Shown one piece after another: positions 30,401 through 41,651 of a stretch of DNA of 45,585 bases. The stretch's first letter is position 1. Each line of letters starts with the position of its first letter. The notes under the pieces were generated by a model that searched no databases, was not told the origin of the DNA, and saw only the letters and a list, made by a program, of their open reading frames with translations. Source of the stretch: Octopus sinensis (lineage: Eukaryota); NCBI RefSeq assembly GCF_006345805.1, contig NW_021834796.1, positions 1-45,585 of the forward strand, read 5' to 3'. A program made the translations under genes and the position numbers.

Positions 30401-33400
30401 AGATCGATAAAATGGTTTAGCGGACCGCCAATTGTGACGGATAAAATGACCTAGCGGACTGCCAAACGAGATCGATGAAATGACCTAGTGGACCGCCAAA
30501 AGCGATCGATAAAATAACCGAGCGGACCATGAACGAGATCGGTAAAATGAAATAGCGGACCACCACACAAGGTCGATAGAATGATTTAGTGGACCACAAA
30601 ACGACATCGATAAAAAGACTTTGCGGACCACGAAACGTTATTTATAAAATGACTTAGCGGACCGCTAAACGAGATCGATAAAATGACCGAGTGTACCGCC
30701 AAACGAGTTCGATAAAATGACTTAGCGGACCGCTAAACGAGATCAAAAAATGACTTAGCGGACACCAAAACGACATCGATAAAATGGTTTAGTGGACCGC
30801 CAAACGAGATTGATAAAATGACTTAGCGGACAGCTAATTGAGACGGATAAAATGACCTAGCGGCCGCCAAACGAGATCGATAAAATGACGTAGCACACGA
30901 CGAAAGGAGATCGATAAAATGACACTAGCGGACCATTAAACAAGATTGATAAAATGACTTAGCGGACCACTAAACGAGATCATAAAATGACTTAGGGGAC
31001 CGCCAATCGTGACGGATAAAATGACCTAGCGGACTGCCAAACGAGATCGATAAAAGGACCTAGTGGACCGCCAAAAGAGATCGATAAAATGACCGAGCGG
31101 ACCACCAAACGAGATCGATAAAATGAATTAGCGGACCAATAAACGACATAGATAAAATGACTTAGCGGACCACCAAACGAGATCGATAAAATGATTTAGC
31201 GGACCGCTAATTGAGACGGACAATGACCTAGCGGCGCCGCCAAACGAGATCGATAAAATGACTTAGCAGACCACCAAACGAGATCAACAAAATGACCTAG
31301 CAGACCGCCAAAAGAGATCGATAAAATGAGTTAGCGGACAGCCAAACGAGATCGATAAAATGACTTAGCGGACCGACAATCGAGACGTATAAAATGACCT
31401 AGCGGACCGCCAAACGAGATCGATAAAATGACATAGCGGACCACCAAACGAGATCGATAAAATGAATTAGCGGACCACCAAACGAGACGGATAAAATGAG
31501 CTAGCGGGCCGCCAAACGAGATCGATAAAATGACTTAGCACACGACGAAAGGAGATCGATAAAATGACCTAGCGGACCACCAAACAAGATCGATAAAATG
31601 ACTTAGCGGACCACTAAACGAGATCGATAAAATGGCTTAGCGGACCGCCAATCATGACGGATAAAATGACCTAGCGGACTGCCAAACGAGATCGATAAAA
31701 TGACCTAGTGGACCGCCAAAAGCGATCGATAAAATAACCGAGCAGACCATGAAATGAGATCGGTAAAATGAAATAGCGGACCACCACACAAGATCGATAG
31801 AATGACTTAGTGGACCACAAAACGACATCGATAAAAAGACTTTGCGGACCACGAAACGTTATCGATAAAATGACTTAGCGGACCGCTAAACGAGATCGAT
31901 AAAATGACCGAGTGGACCGCCAAACGAGTTCGATAAAATGACTTAGCGGACCGCTAAACGAGATCAAAAAATGATATAGCGGACCACCAAACAACATCGA
32001 TAAAATGATTTAGTGGACCGCCAAACGAGATCGATAAAATGACTTAGCAGACCGCTAATTGAGACGGATAAAATGACCTAGCCGGCGCCAAACGAGATCG
32101 ATAAAATGACGTAGCACACGACGAAAGGAGATCGATAAAATGACACTAGCGGACCACCAAACAAGATCGATAAAATGACTTAGCGGACCACTAAACGAGA
32201 TCGATAAAATGACTTAGGGGACCGCCAATCGTGACGGATAAAATGACCTAGCGGACTGCCAAACGAGATCGATAAAAGGACCTAGTGGACCGCCAAAAGA
32301 GATCGATAAAATGAATTAGCGGACCACCAAACGAGATCGAGATAAAATGAGTTAGCAGACAGCCAAATGAGATCGATAAAATGACTTAGCAGACCGACAA
32401 TCGAGACGGATACAATGACCTAGCGGTCCGCCAAACGACATCGATAAAATGACATAGCGGACCACCAGACGAGATCGATAAAATGAATTAGCGGACTACC
32501 AAACGAGATCGTTAAAATGACATAGTGGACCACAAAACGAGATCGATAAAATGACCTCGCGGACCACGAAACGTAATCGATAAAAGGACCTAGCAGACCG
32601 CTAAACGAGATCGATAAAGTGACCGAGTGGACCGCCAAACGAGATCGATTAAATGACTTTGCGGACCGCTAAATGAGTTCAAAAAATGACTTAATGGACC
32701 ACCAAACGAGATCGATAAAATGATTTAGTGGACCGCCAAACGAGATCGATAAAATGACTTAGCGGACGCCAATCGAGACGGATAAAATGACCTAGCGGGC
32801 CGCCCAACGAGATCGATAAAATGACTTAGCACACGACGAAACGAGATCGATAAAATGACTTTGCGGACAACCAAACAAGATCGAGAAAATGACAAAGCGG
32901 ACCACCAACAAGATCGATAAAATGATTTAGCGGACCGCTTAACGAGATCAACAAAATGACCTAGCAGACCGCCAAAAGAGATCGATAAAATGAATTAGCG
33001 GACCAGCAAACGAGATCGATAAAATGACTTAGCACACGACGAAAGGAGATCGATAAAATAAAATGACTTAGCGGACCACTAAACGAGATCGATAAAATGA
33101 CTTAGCGGACCGCGAATCGTGACGGATAAAATGACCTAGCGGACAGCCAAACGAGATCGATAGAATGACTTAGTGGAACGCCAAAAGATATCGACAAAAT
33201 GACTGATCGGACCACCAAACGAGATCGATAAAATGAATTAGCAGACAAATAAACGAGATCGATAAAATGACATTAGCGGACCGCTAAACATGATCGACAA
33301 AATGAATGAGCGGACCGCCAAACGAGATCGATAAAATGAGCAAGTGGACCGCCAAACGAGATCAATAAAATGACAGCGGACCGCCAAACGAGATCGATAA

Positions 33401-36400
33401 AATGATTTAGTGGACCAATAAACGAGATCGATAAAATGACATTAGCGGAACGCTAAACGTGATCGACAAAATGACTGAGCGAACCGCCAAACGAGATCGA
33501 TAAAATGACCTAGTGGACCGCCAAACGAGATCGATAAAATGACTTGGCGGACCGCCAATCGAGACGGATAAAATGACCTAGCGGACCGCCAAACGTGATC
33601 GATGAAATGACATAGTGGACCACCAAACGAGTTCGATAAAATGAATTAGCGGACCACGAATCGAGGTCGATAAAATGACTTAGTGGACCGCTAAACGAGA
33701 TCAAAATATGAACTAGCGGGCCGCCAAACGAGATCGATAAAATGATTTAATGGACCGCCAAACGAGATCGATTAAATGACTGAGCCAATCGAGACGGATA
33801 AAATGACCTAGCGGGCCGCCAAACGAGATCGATAAAATAACTTAGCAGATGACGGAACGAGATCGATAAAACTGACTTAGCGGACCACTAAACGAGATCC
33901 ATAAAATGACTTAGCGCACCACCAAACGCGATTGATAAAATGAAATAGCGGAACGCTAAACGAGATTGAGAAAATGACCTAGCGGACCGCCAAAACAGAT
34001 CAATAAAATGACTGAGCGGACCGACAATCGCGATGGATAAAATGACCTAGTGGACCGCCAAATGAGATCGATCAAATGACATAGCGGACCACCAAACGAG
34101 ATCGATAAAATGAATTCGCGGAACACCAAACGAGATCGATAAAATTACATAGTGGACCACAAAACGAGATCGATAAAATGAACTCGCGGACCACGAAACG
34201 TTATCGATAAAAGGACGTAGCGGACCGCTAAACGAGATCGATAAAATGAACGAGTGGACCGCCAAAAGATATCGATAAAATGATCTAGCGGACCGCTAAA
34301 TAAGTTCAAAAAATGACTTAGCGGACCACCAAACGAGTTTGATAAAATGATTTAGTGGATCGCCAAACGAGATCGATAAAATGACTTAGCGGACCGCCAA
34401 TCGAGACGAATAAAATGACCTAGCGGGCCGCCAAAAGAGATCGATAAAATGACTTAGCACACGACGAATCGAGATCGATAAAATGACTTTGCAGACAACC
34501 AAACAAGATCGATAAAATGACTTAGTGGACCACCAAACGAGATCGATAAAATGATTTAGCGGACCGCTAAACGAGATCAACAAAATGACCTAGCAGACCA
34601 CCAAAAGAGATCGATAAAATGAATTAGCGGACCACCATACGAGATCGATAAAATGAATTAGCGCACCACCAAACGAGATCGATAAAATGACATTAGCGGA
34701 CCGCTAAACGTGATCGACAAAATGACTGAGCGGACCGCCAAAACGAGAGATCGATAAAATGACCAAGTGGACCGCCAAACGAGATCGATTAAATTACAGC
34801 GGACCGCCAAGCGAGATCGATAAAATGACTTACTGGACCGCGAAATGAGATCGATAAAATGACTTATCGGACCGCCAATCGAGGCGGATAAAATGACCTA
34901 GCGGACCGCCAAACGAAATCGATCAAATGACATAGAGGACCACTAAACGAGATCGATAAAAAGAATTAGCGGACCACCAAACGAGATCGATAAAATGACT
35001 TAGTGGACCGCAAAACGAGATCGATAAAATGACTTAGCGGACCACGAAAAGTTATCGATAAAATGACTTAGCGGACCGCTAAACGGGATCGATAAAATGA
35101 CCGAGTGGACCGCCAAACTAGATAAAAAAATGACTTAGCGGACCACCAAAAGAGATCGATAAAATGAATTAGTGGACCGCCAAACTAGATCGATAAAATG
35201 ATTTAGCAGACGACGAAACGAGATCAATAAAATGACTTAGCGGACCACCAAACGAGATCGATAAAATGACTGAGCGGACCACCAAACGAGATCGATAAAA
35301 TGATTTAGCGGACCGCTAAACGAGATCGACAAAATGACCTAGCGAACCGCCAAAAGAGATCGATAAAATGAATTAGCGGACCGCCAAACGATATCGATTA
35401 AATGACTTAGCGGTCCGCCGATCGAGACGGATAAAATGACCTAGTGGGCTGCCAAACGAGATCGATAAAATGACATAGCGGACCACCAAATGAGATCGAT
35501 AAAATGAATTAGCGCACCACCAAACGAGATCGATAAAATGACATTAGCGGACCGCTAAACGTGATCGACAAAATGACTGAGCGGACCGCCAAACGAGATC
35601 GATAAAATGAGCAAGTGGACCGCCAATCGAGATCGATAAAATGACAGCGGACCGCCAAATGAGATCGATAAAATGACTTAGTGGACCGTTAAACGAGATT
35701 GATAAAATGACTTATCGGACCGCCAATCGAGACGGATAAAATGACCTAGCGGACCGCCAAATGAAATCGATAAAATGACTTAGCGGACAACCAAACAAGA
35801 TCGATAAAATGACTTGGCGGACCACCAAACGAGATCGATAAAATGATTTAGCGGACCGCTAAACGAGATCAACAAAATGAACTAGCAGACCGCCAAAAGA
35901 GATCGATAAAATGAATTAGCGGACCAATAAACGAGATCGATAAAATGACATTAGCGGACCGCTAAACGTGAGCGACAAAATGACTGAGCGAACCGCCAAA
36001 CGAGATCGATAAAATGACCTAGTGGACCGCCAAACGAGATCGATAAAATGACTTAGCGGACCGCCAATCGAGACGGATAAAATGATCTAGGGGACCGCCA
36101 AACGAGATCGATAAAATGATTTAGCGGACCGCTAAACGAGATCAACAAAATGAACTAGCAGACCGCCAAAAGAGATCGATAAAATGAATTAGCGGGGCAC
36201 CAAACGAGATCGATAAAATGAATTAGCGGACCACCAGACGAAATCGATAAAATGACCGAGTGGATCGCTAAACGAGATCGATAAAATGACCGAGTGGATC
36301 GCCAAACGAGATCGATAAAATGAATTAGCGGACCGCTAAACGAGATCAAAATATGACTTAGCGGACCACCAAACGAGATCGATAAAATGATTTAATGGAC

Positions 36401-36882
36401 CGCCAAACGAGATCGATAAAATGACTGAGCGGACCGCCAATCGAGACGGATAAAATGAACTAGCGGGCCGCCAAACGAGATCGATAAAATAACTTAGCAG
36501 ATGACGGAACGAGATCGATAAAATGACTTAGCGGACCACCAAACGAGATCGATAAAATTGACTTAGCGGACCACTAAACGAGATCGATAAAATGACCTAG
36601 TGCACCACCAAACGAGATCTATAAAATGACCTTAGCGGACCGCTAAACGAGATCGACAAAATGAACTAGCGGACCGCCAAAAGAGATCGATGAAATGAGT
36701 TAGCGGACAGCCAAACGAGATCGATAAAATGACTTAGCGGACCGACAATCGAGACGGATAAAATGACCTAGCGGACCGCCAAACGAGATCGCTAAAATGA
36801 TATAGCGGACCACCAAACGAGATCGGTAAAATGAATTAGCGGACCACCAAACGAGATCGATAAAATGAGTTAGCGGACAGCC
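27441..36882. repeat. 34-bp tandem satellite (Sat-34), ~278 monomers, with variant monomers in recurring order
   Basis: Consensus AAACGAGATCGATAAAATGACTTAGCGGACCGCC; period read directly (AAATG at 28130 and 28164). Starts immediately after the last Sat-65 base and ends directly in (TA)n. Confidence 0.98.
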
Positions 36883-36923
<41 letters not shown>

Positions 36924-36926
36924 CAT

Positions 36927-36958
<32 letters not shown>

Positions 36959-36967
36959 ATATATATA

Positions 36968-37011
<44 letters not shown>
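36883..37011. repeat. (TA)n microsatellite, lightly interrupted
   Basis: Direct reading. Confidence 0.97.
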
Positions 37012-37014
<3 letters not shown>

Positions 37015-37307
37015 GCCGATGCCAGCACCGCCTCGACTGGCTTCCGTGCCGGTGGCACATAAAATACACCAATCTGACCGTGGCCGTTGCCAGCCCCGCC
37101 TGGCACCTGTGCAGGTGGCACGTAAAAAGCACCCACTACACTCACGGAGTGGTTGGCGTTAGGAAGGGCATCCAGCTGTAGAAACATTGCCAAATTAGAC
37201 TGGAGCCTGGTGCAGCCTTCTGGCTTCCCAGAACCCCGGTCGAACCGTCCAACCCATGCTAGCATGGAGAACGGACGTTAAACGACGATGATGATGATGA
37301 CGATGAT
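37012..37307 (+). mobile_element. Severely 5'-truncated RTE LINE 3' end (or its SINE-like derivative) with (GAT)n tail
   Basis: Near-identical to 39382-39665, the 3' terminus of the adjacent RT-encoding element; ends GGACGTTAAAC(GAY)n, a short tandem-repeat tail typical of RTE-clade LINEs. Confidence 0.88.
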
Positions 37308-37313
37308 ATATAT

Positions 37314-38405
37314 ATGTATACGTACACAGAAGAATTCAATGTAGAGGTTGGGGTCCACCAGGGTTCAGTACTCAGCCCCCTCCTATTTAACATAGTCCTC
37401 CAGGCAATAACGGAGGAATTCAAGACAGGTTGTCCCTGGGAGCTCCTCTACGCTGACGACCTTGCTCTAATTGCTGAGTCACTATCAGAACTGGAGGAGA
37501 AGTTCCAGGTTTGGAAGGTGGGTTTAGAATTGAGGGGCCTTAGAGTCAACCTAGCTAAAACCAAAGTCCTAATAAGTAGGAAGGCACGCAAACCACAAAT
37601 CCCTTCAGGTAGATGGCTCTGCTCGATCTGTAGTAGAGGCGTAGGTAGAAGCTCTATAAGATGTACCCAGTGTAAGCTATGGACACATAAGAGGTGCAGC
37701 AATGTCAAAGGTAGGCTAACTGGGAAGATAGTTTTTGTATGTGGCAGATGCTCGGGAGCATTAACCTCCGAAAATCTGCAGAAAACAACTTCCGTGACTT
37801 TCGAGGGGGAAAAACTAGAAGTAGTTGATAGCTTCCATTATCTAGGTGACCAAGTCAGTAGTGGGGGTGGGTGCGCTGAAAGTGTAACTGCTAGAATAAG
37901 AATAGCCTGGGCAAAGTTTAGGGAGCTCTTACCTCTGCTGGTGACTAAAGGCCTCTCGCAAAGAATAAAAGGCAGACTGTATCATGCATGTGTACGAACA
38001 GCCATGCTACATGGCAGTGAAACATGGGCCGTGACTGCTGAGGACATGCGTAAGCTCGCGAGGAATGAAGCCAGTATGCTCCGATGGATGTGTAATGTCA
38101 GTGTACATACTCGACAGAGCGTTAGTACCTTGAGAGAAATGTTGTACCTAAGAAGCATCAGTTGTGGTGTGCAAGAGAGACGATTGCGCTGGTATGGTCA
38201 TGTGGCGAGAATGGATGAAGATAGGTGTGTGAGAAAGTGCCAATCCCTAGCAGTTGAGGGAACCCGTGGAAGAGGTAGACCCAGGAAAACCTGGGACGAG
38301 GTAGTGAAGCACGACCTTCGAACTTTAGGCCTCACAGAGGAAATGACCAGCGACCAAGACCTTTGGAAATATGCTGTACGTGAGAAGACCAGGCAGGACA
38401 AGTGA
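37314..38405 (+). CDS. Partial reverse transcriptase ORF of the RTE LINE, with an internal PHD finger
   Basis: 363-aa open frame with no stop or frameshift; YADD at 37449-37460; Cys4-His-Cys3 at 37620-37751. The ATG at 37314 lies in the upstream microsatellite and real homology starts ~37326, so this is a truncated fragment, not a functional gene. Confidence 0.85.
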   Translation: MYTYTEEFNVEVGVHQGSVLSPLLFNIVLQAITEEFKTGCPWELLYADDLALIAESLSELEEKFQVWKVGLELRGLRVNLAKTKVLISRKARKPQIPSGRWLCSICSRGVGRSSIRCTQCKLWTHKRCSNVKGRLTGKIVFVCGRCSGALTSENLQKTTSVTFEGEKLEVVDSFHYLGDQVSSGGGCAESVTARIRIAWAKFRELLPLLVTKGLSQRIKGRLYHACVRTAMLHGSETWAVTAEDMRKLARNEASMLRWMCNVSVHTRQSVSTLREMLYLRSISCGVQERRLRWYGHVARMDEDRCVRKCQSLAVEGTRGRGRPRKTWDEVVKHDLRTLGLTEEMTSDQDLWKYAVREKTRQDK

Positions 38406-39665
38406 GCCCAGCCCACTTATGAATGCCTTTCCTCCCTTGGACACAAAGACCTGTTGAGGCAAGCGAAGTCGATATAGAACCTCATCCGACAACAGGAACC
38501 CATGCCAACCCCCCTTGCTTGCGAAGAAATGTTGGGGCAAGCGAAATCGAAATCGAATTGAACCAGCCAGGATCCCTGGTCTGGTGGTACGTAAAAAGCA
38601 ATATCAGACTCGTGGCCGATGCCAGCGCTGCCTCCACTGGCTTCCGTGCCAGTGGCACGTAAAATACATCAATCCGACCGTACGACAGGCACCCATGCCA
38701 ACCCCCTTTGCTTGCGAAGACATGTTGGGGCAAGCGAAATCGAAATCGAATTGAACCAGCCAGGATCCCTGGTCTGGTGGTACGTAAAAGCACTATCTGA
38801 CTCGTGGCCGATGCCAGCGCCACCTCCACTGGCTTCCGTGACGGTGGCACATAAAATACACCAATCCGACCGTACGACAGGCACCCATGCCAACCCCCTT
38901 TGCTTGCGAAGACATGTTGAGGCAAGCGAAATCGAAATCGAATTGAACCAGCCAGGATCCCTGGTCTAGTGGTACGTAAAAAGCAATATCAGACTCGTGG
39001 CCGATGCCAGCACCGCATCGACTGGCTTCCGTGCCGGTGGCACATAAAATACACCAATCCGACCGTACGACAGGCACCCATGCCAACCCCCTTTGCTTGC
39101 GAAGACATGTTGGGGCAAGCGAAATCGAAATCGAATTGAACCAGCCAGGATCCCTGGTCTGGTGGTACGTAAAAAGCAATATCAGACTCGTGGCCGATGC
39201 CAGCGCCGCCTCCACTGGCTTCCGTGCCGGTGGCACGTAAAATACATCAATCCGACCGTACGACAGGCACCCATGCCAACCCCCTTTGCTTGCGAAGACA
39301 TGTTGGGGCAAGCGAAATCGAAATCGAATTGACCCAGCCAGGATCCCTGGTCTGGTGGTACGTAAAAGCACTATCCGACTCGTGGCCGATGCCAGCACCG
39401 CATCGACTGGCTTCCGTGCCGGTGGCACATAAAATACACCAATCCGACCGTGGCCGTTGCCAGCCTCGCCTGGCACCTGTGCAGGTGGCACGTAAAAAGC
39501 ACCCACTACACTCACGGAGTGGTTGGCGTTAGGAAGGGCATCCAGCTGTAGAAACATTGCCAGATAAGACTGGAGCCCGGTGCAGCCTTCTGGCTTCCCA
39601 GATCCCCGGTCGAACCGTCCAACCCATGCTAGCATGGAGAACGGACGTTAAACGATGATGATGAT
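37326..39665 (+). mobile_element. 5'-truncated RTE-clade non-LTR retrotransposon (RT C-terminal half, 3' UTR, (GAT)n tail)
   Basis: RT motifs VGVHQGSVLSPLLF, LLYADDL, GLRVNLAKTK and FHYLG, then RTE-type C-terminus (RLRWYGHVARM, RGRGRPRKTW); stop at 38403-38405; ~1.26-kb 3' UTR ending AAACGATGATGATGAT; flanked by TA repeats. Confidence 0.93.
38498..39450 (+). repeat. ~193-bp tandem repeat (~4.9 copies) in the LINE 3' UTR
   Basis: CATGCCAACC recurs at 38501, 38694, 38886, 39079 and 39272. Confidence 0.95.
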
Positions 39666-39705
39666 ATATATATATATATGTATACATATATATATATATA
39701 TATAT
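39666..39705. repeat. (TA)n tract between the LINE tail and palindrome A
   Basis: Direct reading, with a TGTATAC interruption. Confidence 0.9.
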
Positions 39706-39900
39706 ATACTACAAAATTAGAGAATGGAGAAATATACTTAAATCAGTAAAACATCAACTATCCGATGATACTCAATCCATACTTTAATACACCATTACAT
39801 ATGAGTAAAGGCAATATATAAAATGAAATGAGATATACAGTAATAGTAAAAAGATAAAGAGATATAAGTAAAAAATTTTCAAATATAATATGCAAATAAA

Positions 39901-40018
39901 TCAAAACTGACAGCTGTTTCGGCAGTGAGGACAGTCATACCTCATTTAACCTATAAGCCATAAAGGCAGGTATAAATGAGGCATTAACAAGGATGCCCCA
40001 CGGCCTCTTCAGAGAATT
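39901..40018 (-). ncRNA. Type I hammerhead ribozyme (left arm of palindrome A)
   Basis: Exact reverse complement of the hammerhead at 41018-41135. Confidence 0.72.
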
Positions 40019-40359
40019 AAATTAATTTGTTATAATAGTGAAAAATATTATATAATCATATACATATAAATATAAAAATATAAAAATGTAAAATATAAAA
40101 ACTTATACATCATAAAGCTACACTTATATAATATAATACACATTTGTACAAAAAAGGAAGGTAAACAGAACAAAATAAAACAAAATATAAAATAGTGTAT
40201 ATATTAATATCAATAAGTACCGATATTATACATATTTGGCTAATAGTTTTTTTTATATATATAAAAAAAAGGCTAACATATATGGAGATGAAAAATAATA
40301 ATTAAATCCGTGGTACAGTTCATAAGATTCTAAAGCTATAAAAGTTAATAAAAATTACT

Positions 40360-40417
<58 letters not shown>

Positions 40418-40638
40418 TATAATAAAAAATAGATACAGTTAAGTTAGCACCAAGTCCATCCTTACAAGATCGAAATAACTATGAGTTAAGAAATGCTGAC
40501 CACTAGGTAAAGAAAAAAATATTTTTTCTTTACCTAGTGGTCAGCATTTCTTAACTCATAGTTATTTCGATCTTGTAAGGATGGACTTGGTGCTAACTTA
40601 ACTGTATCTATTTTTATTATATTTTATTATTATTATTA

Positions 40639-40675
<37 letters not shown>

Positions 40676-41017
40676 AGTAATTTTTATTAACTTTTATAGC
40701 TTTAGAATCTTATGAACTGTACCACGGATTTAATTATTATTTTTCATCTCCATATATGTTAGCCTTTTTTTTATATATATAAAAAAAACTATTAGCCAAA
40801 TATGTATAATATCGGTACTTATTGATATTAATATATACACTATTATATATTTTGTTTTATTTTGTTCTGTTTACCTTCCTTTTTTGTACAAATGTGTATT
40901 ATATTATATAAGTGTAGCTTTATGATGTATAAGTTTTTATATTTTACATTTTTATATTTTTATATTTATATGTATATGATTATATAATATTTTTCACTAT
41001 TATAACAAATTTAATTT

Positions 41018-41135
41018 AATTCTCTGAAGAGGCCGTGGGGCATCCTTGTTAATGCCTCATTTATACCTGCCTTTATGGCTTATAGGTTAAATGAGGTATG
41101 ACTGTCCTCACTGCCGAAACAGCTGTCAGTTTTGA
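41018..41135 (+). ncRNA. Type I hammerhead ribozyme (right arm of palindrome A)
   Basis: CTGAAGA 41024-41030; helix II GGC/GCC extended by GTGGGG/CCTCAC and ATGCCTCATTTA/TAAATGAGGTAT; GAAAC 41116-41120; palindromic loop AGCT; GTC triplet 41125-41127. Helix I is weak (CT/AG, two mismatches, then AATT/TTGA). Confidence 0.74.
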
Positions 41136-41493
41136 TTTATTTGCATATTATATTTGAAAATTTTTTAATTATATCTCTTTATCTTGTTACTATTACTGTA
41201 TATCTCATTTCATTTTATGTATTGCCTTTACTCATATGTAATGGTGTATTAAAGTATGGATTGAGTATCATCGGATAGTTGATGTTTTACTGATTTAAGT
41301 ATATTTCTCCATTCTCTAATTTTGTAGTATTAATTTACGGTAATATTATTACCTTTACCCATATAATGCAAAAGATGAACTGATTGTTTGACAATTTTTA
41401 ACATCTATGTATTAATTTTGTTGGGTACCTATCTAGCAGTATATTGGATATATATTATCCCATGGTGGTTGAATTTTCAACCCCTATCTCATT

Positions 41494-41498
<5 letters not shown>

Positions 41499-41524
<26 letters not shown>

Positions 41525-41651
41525 GCATGTATGTATACATATATATATATGTATACATATATATATGTATACATATATATATATGTATACATATATATAT
41601 GTATGCATATATATATATATAATATATATATATATATTTATATATATATAT
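41499..41651. repeat. (TA)n with TATG/TACA interruptions
   Basis: Direct reading. Confidence 0.95.

Larger units (their letters stand above)
39706..41330. repeat. Palindrome A: ~810-bp inverted arms with no spacer (axis between 40520 and 40521)
   Basis: Centre GGTAAAGAAAAAAAT|ATTTTTTCTTTACC; ends ATACTACAAAATTAG and CTAATTTTGTAGTAT. Arms differ by a few substitutions and small indels. Each arm holds an (AAT)n/(ATT)n tract (40363-40413, ~40624-40672). Confidence 0.97.
39706..41498. mobile_element. Probable Penelope-like-element-derived inverted element A (palindrome plus ~165-bp one-sided extension), inserted in (TA)n
   Basis: Minimal hammerhead in each arm reading outward; unpaired extension 41331-41498 on the right arm; (TA)n on both sides. 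PLE assignment is inferred from hammerhead type and architecture; no RT is present. Confidence 0.62.

Noticed and set aside
1-36882. CRISPR-like regular repeats
   Set aside because: Monomers are head-to-tail with no unique spacers, no cas genes are present, and the context is eukaryotic.
28069-36912. Minus-strand ORFs in Sat-34
   Set aside because: Artefacts of the 34-bp repeat; no domain content.
38423-39635. Overlapping ORFs, including a 280-aa minus-strand ORF, in the LINE 3' UTR
   Set aside because: They follow the 193-bp repeat and show no recognisable domain.
39706-41330. Palindrome A as a pure sequencing fold-back chimera
   Set aside because: Not excluded but disfavoured: arms differ by several substitutions, and an independent palindrome shows the same ribozyme orientation and TA flanks.
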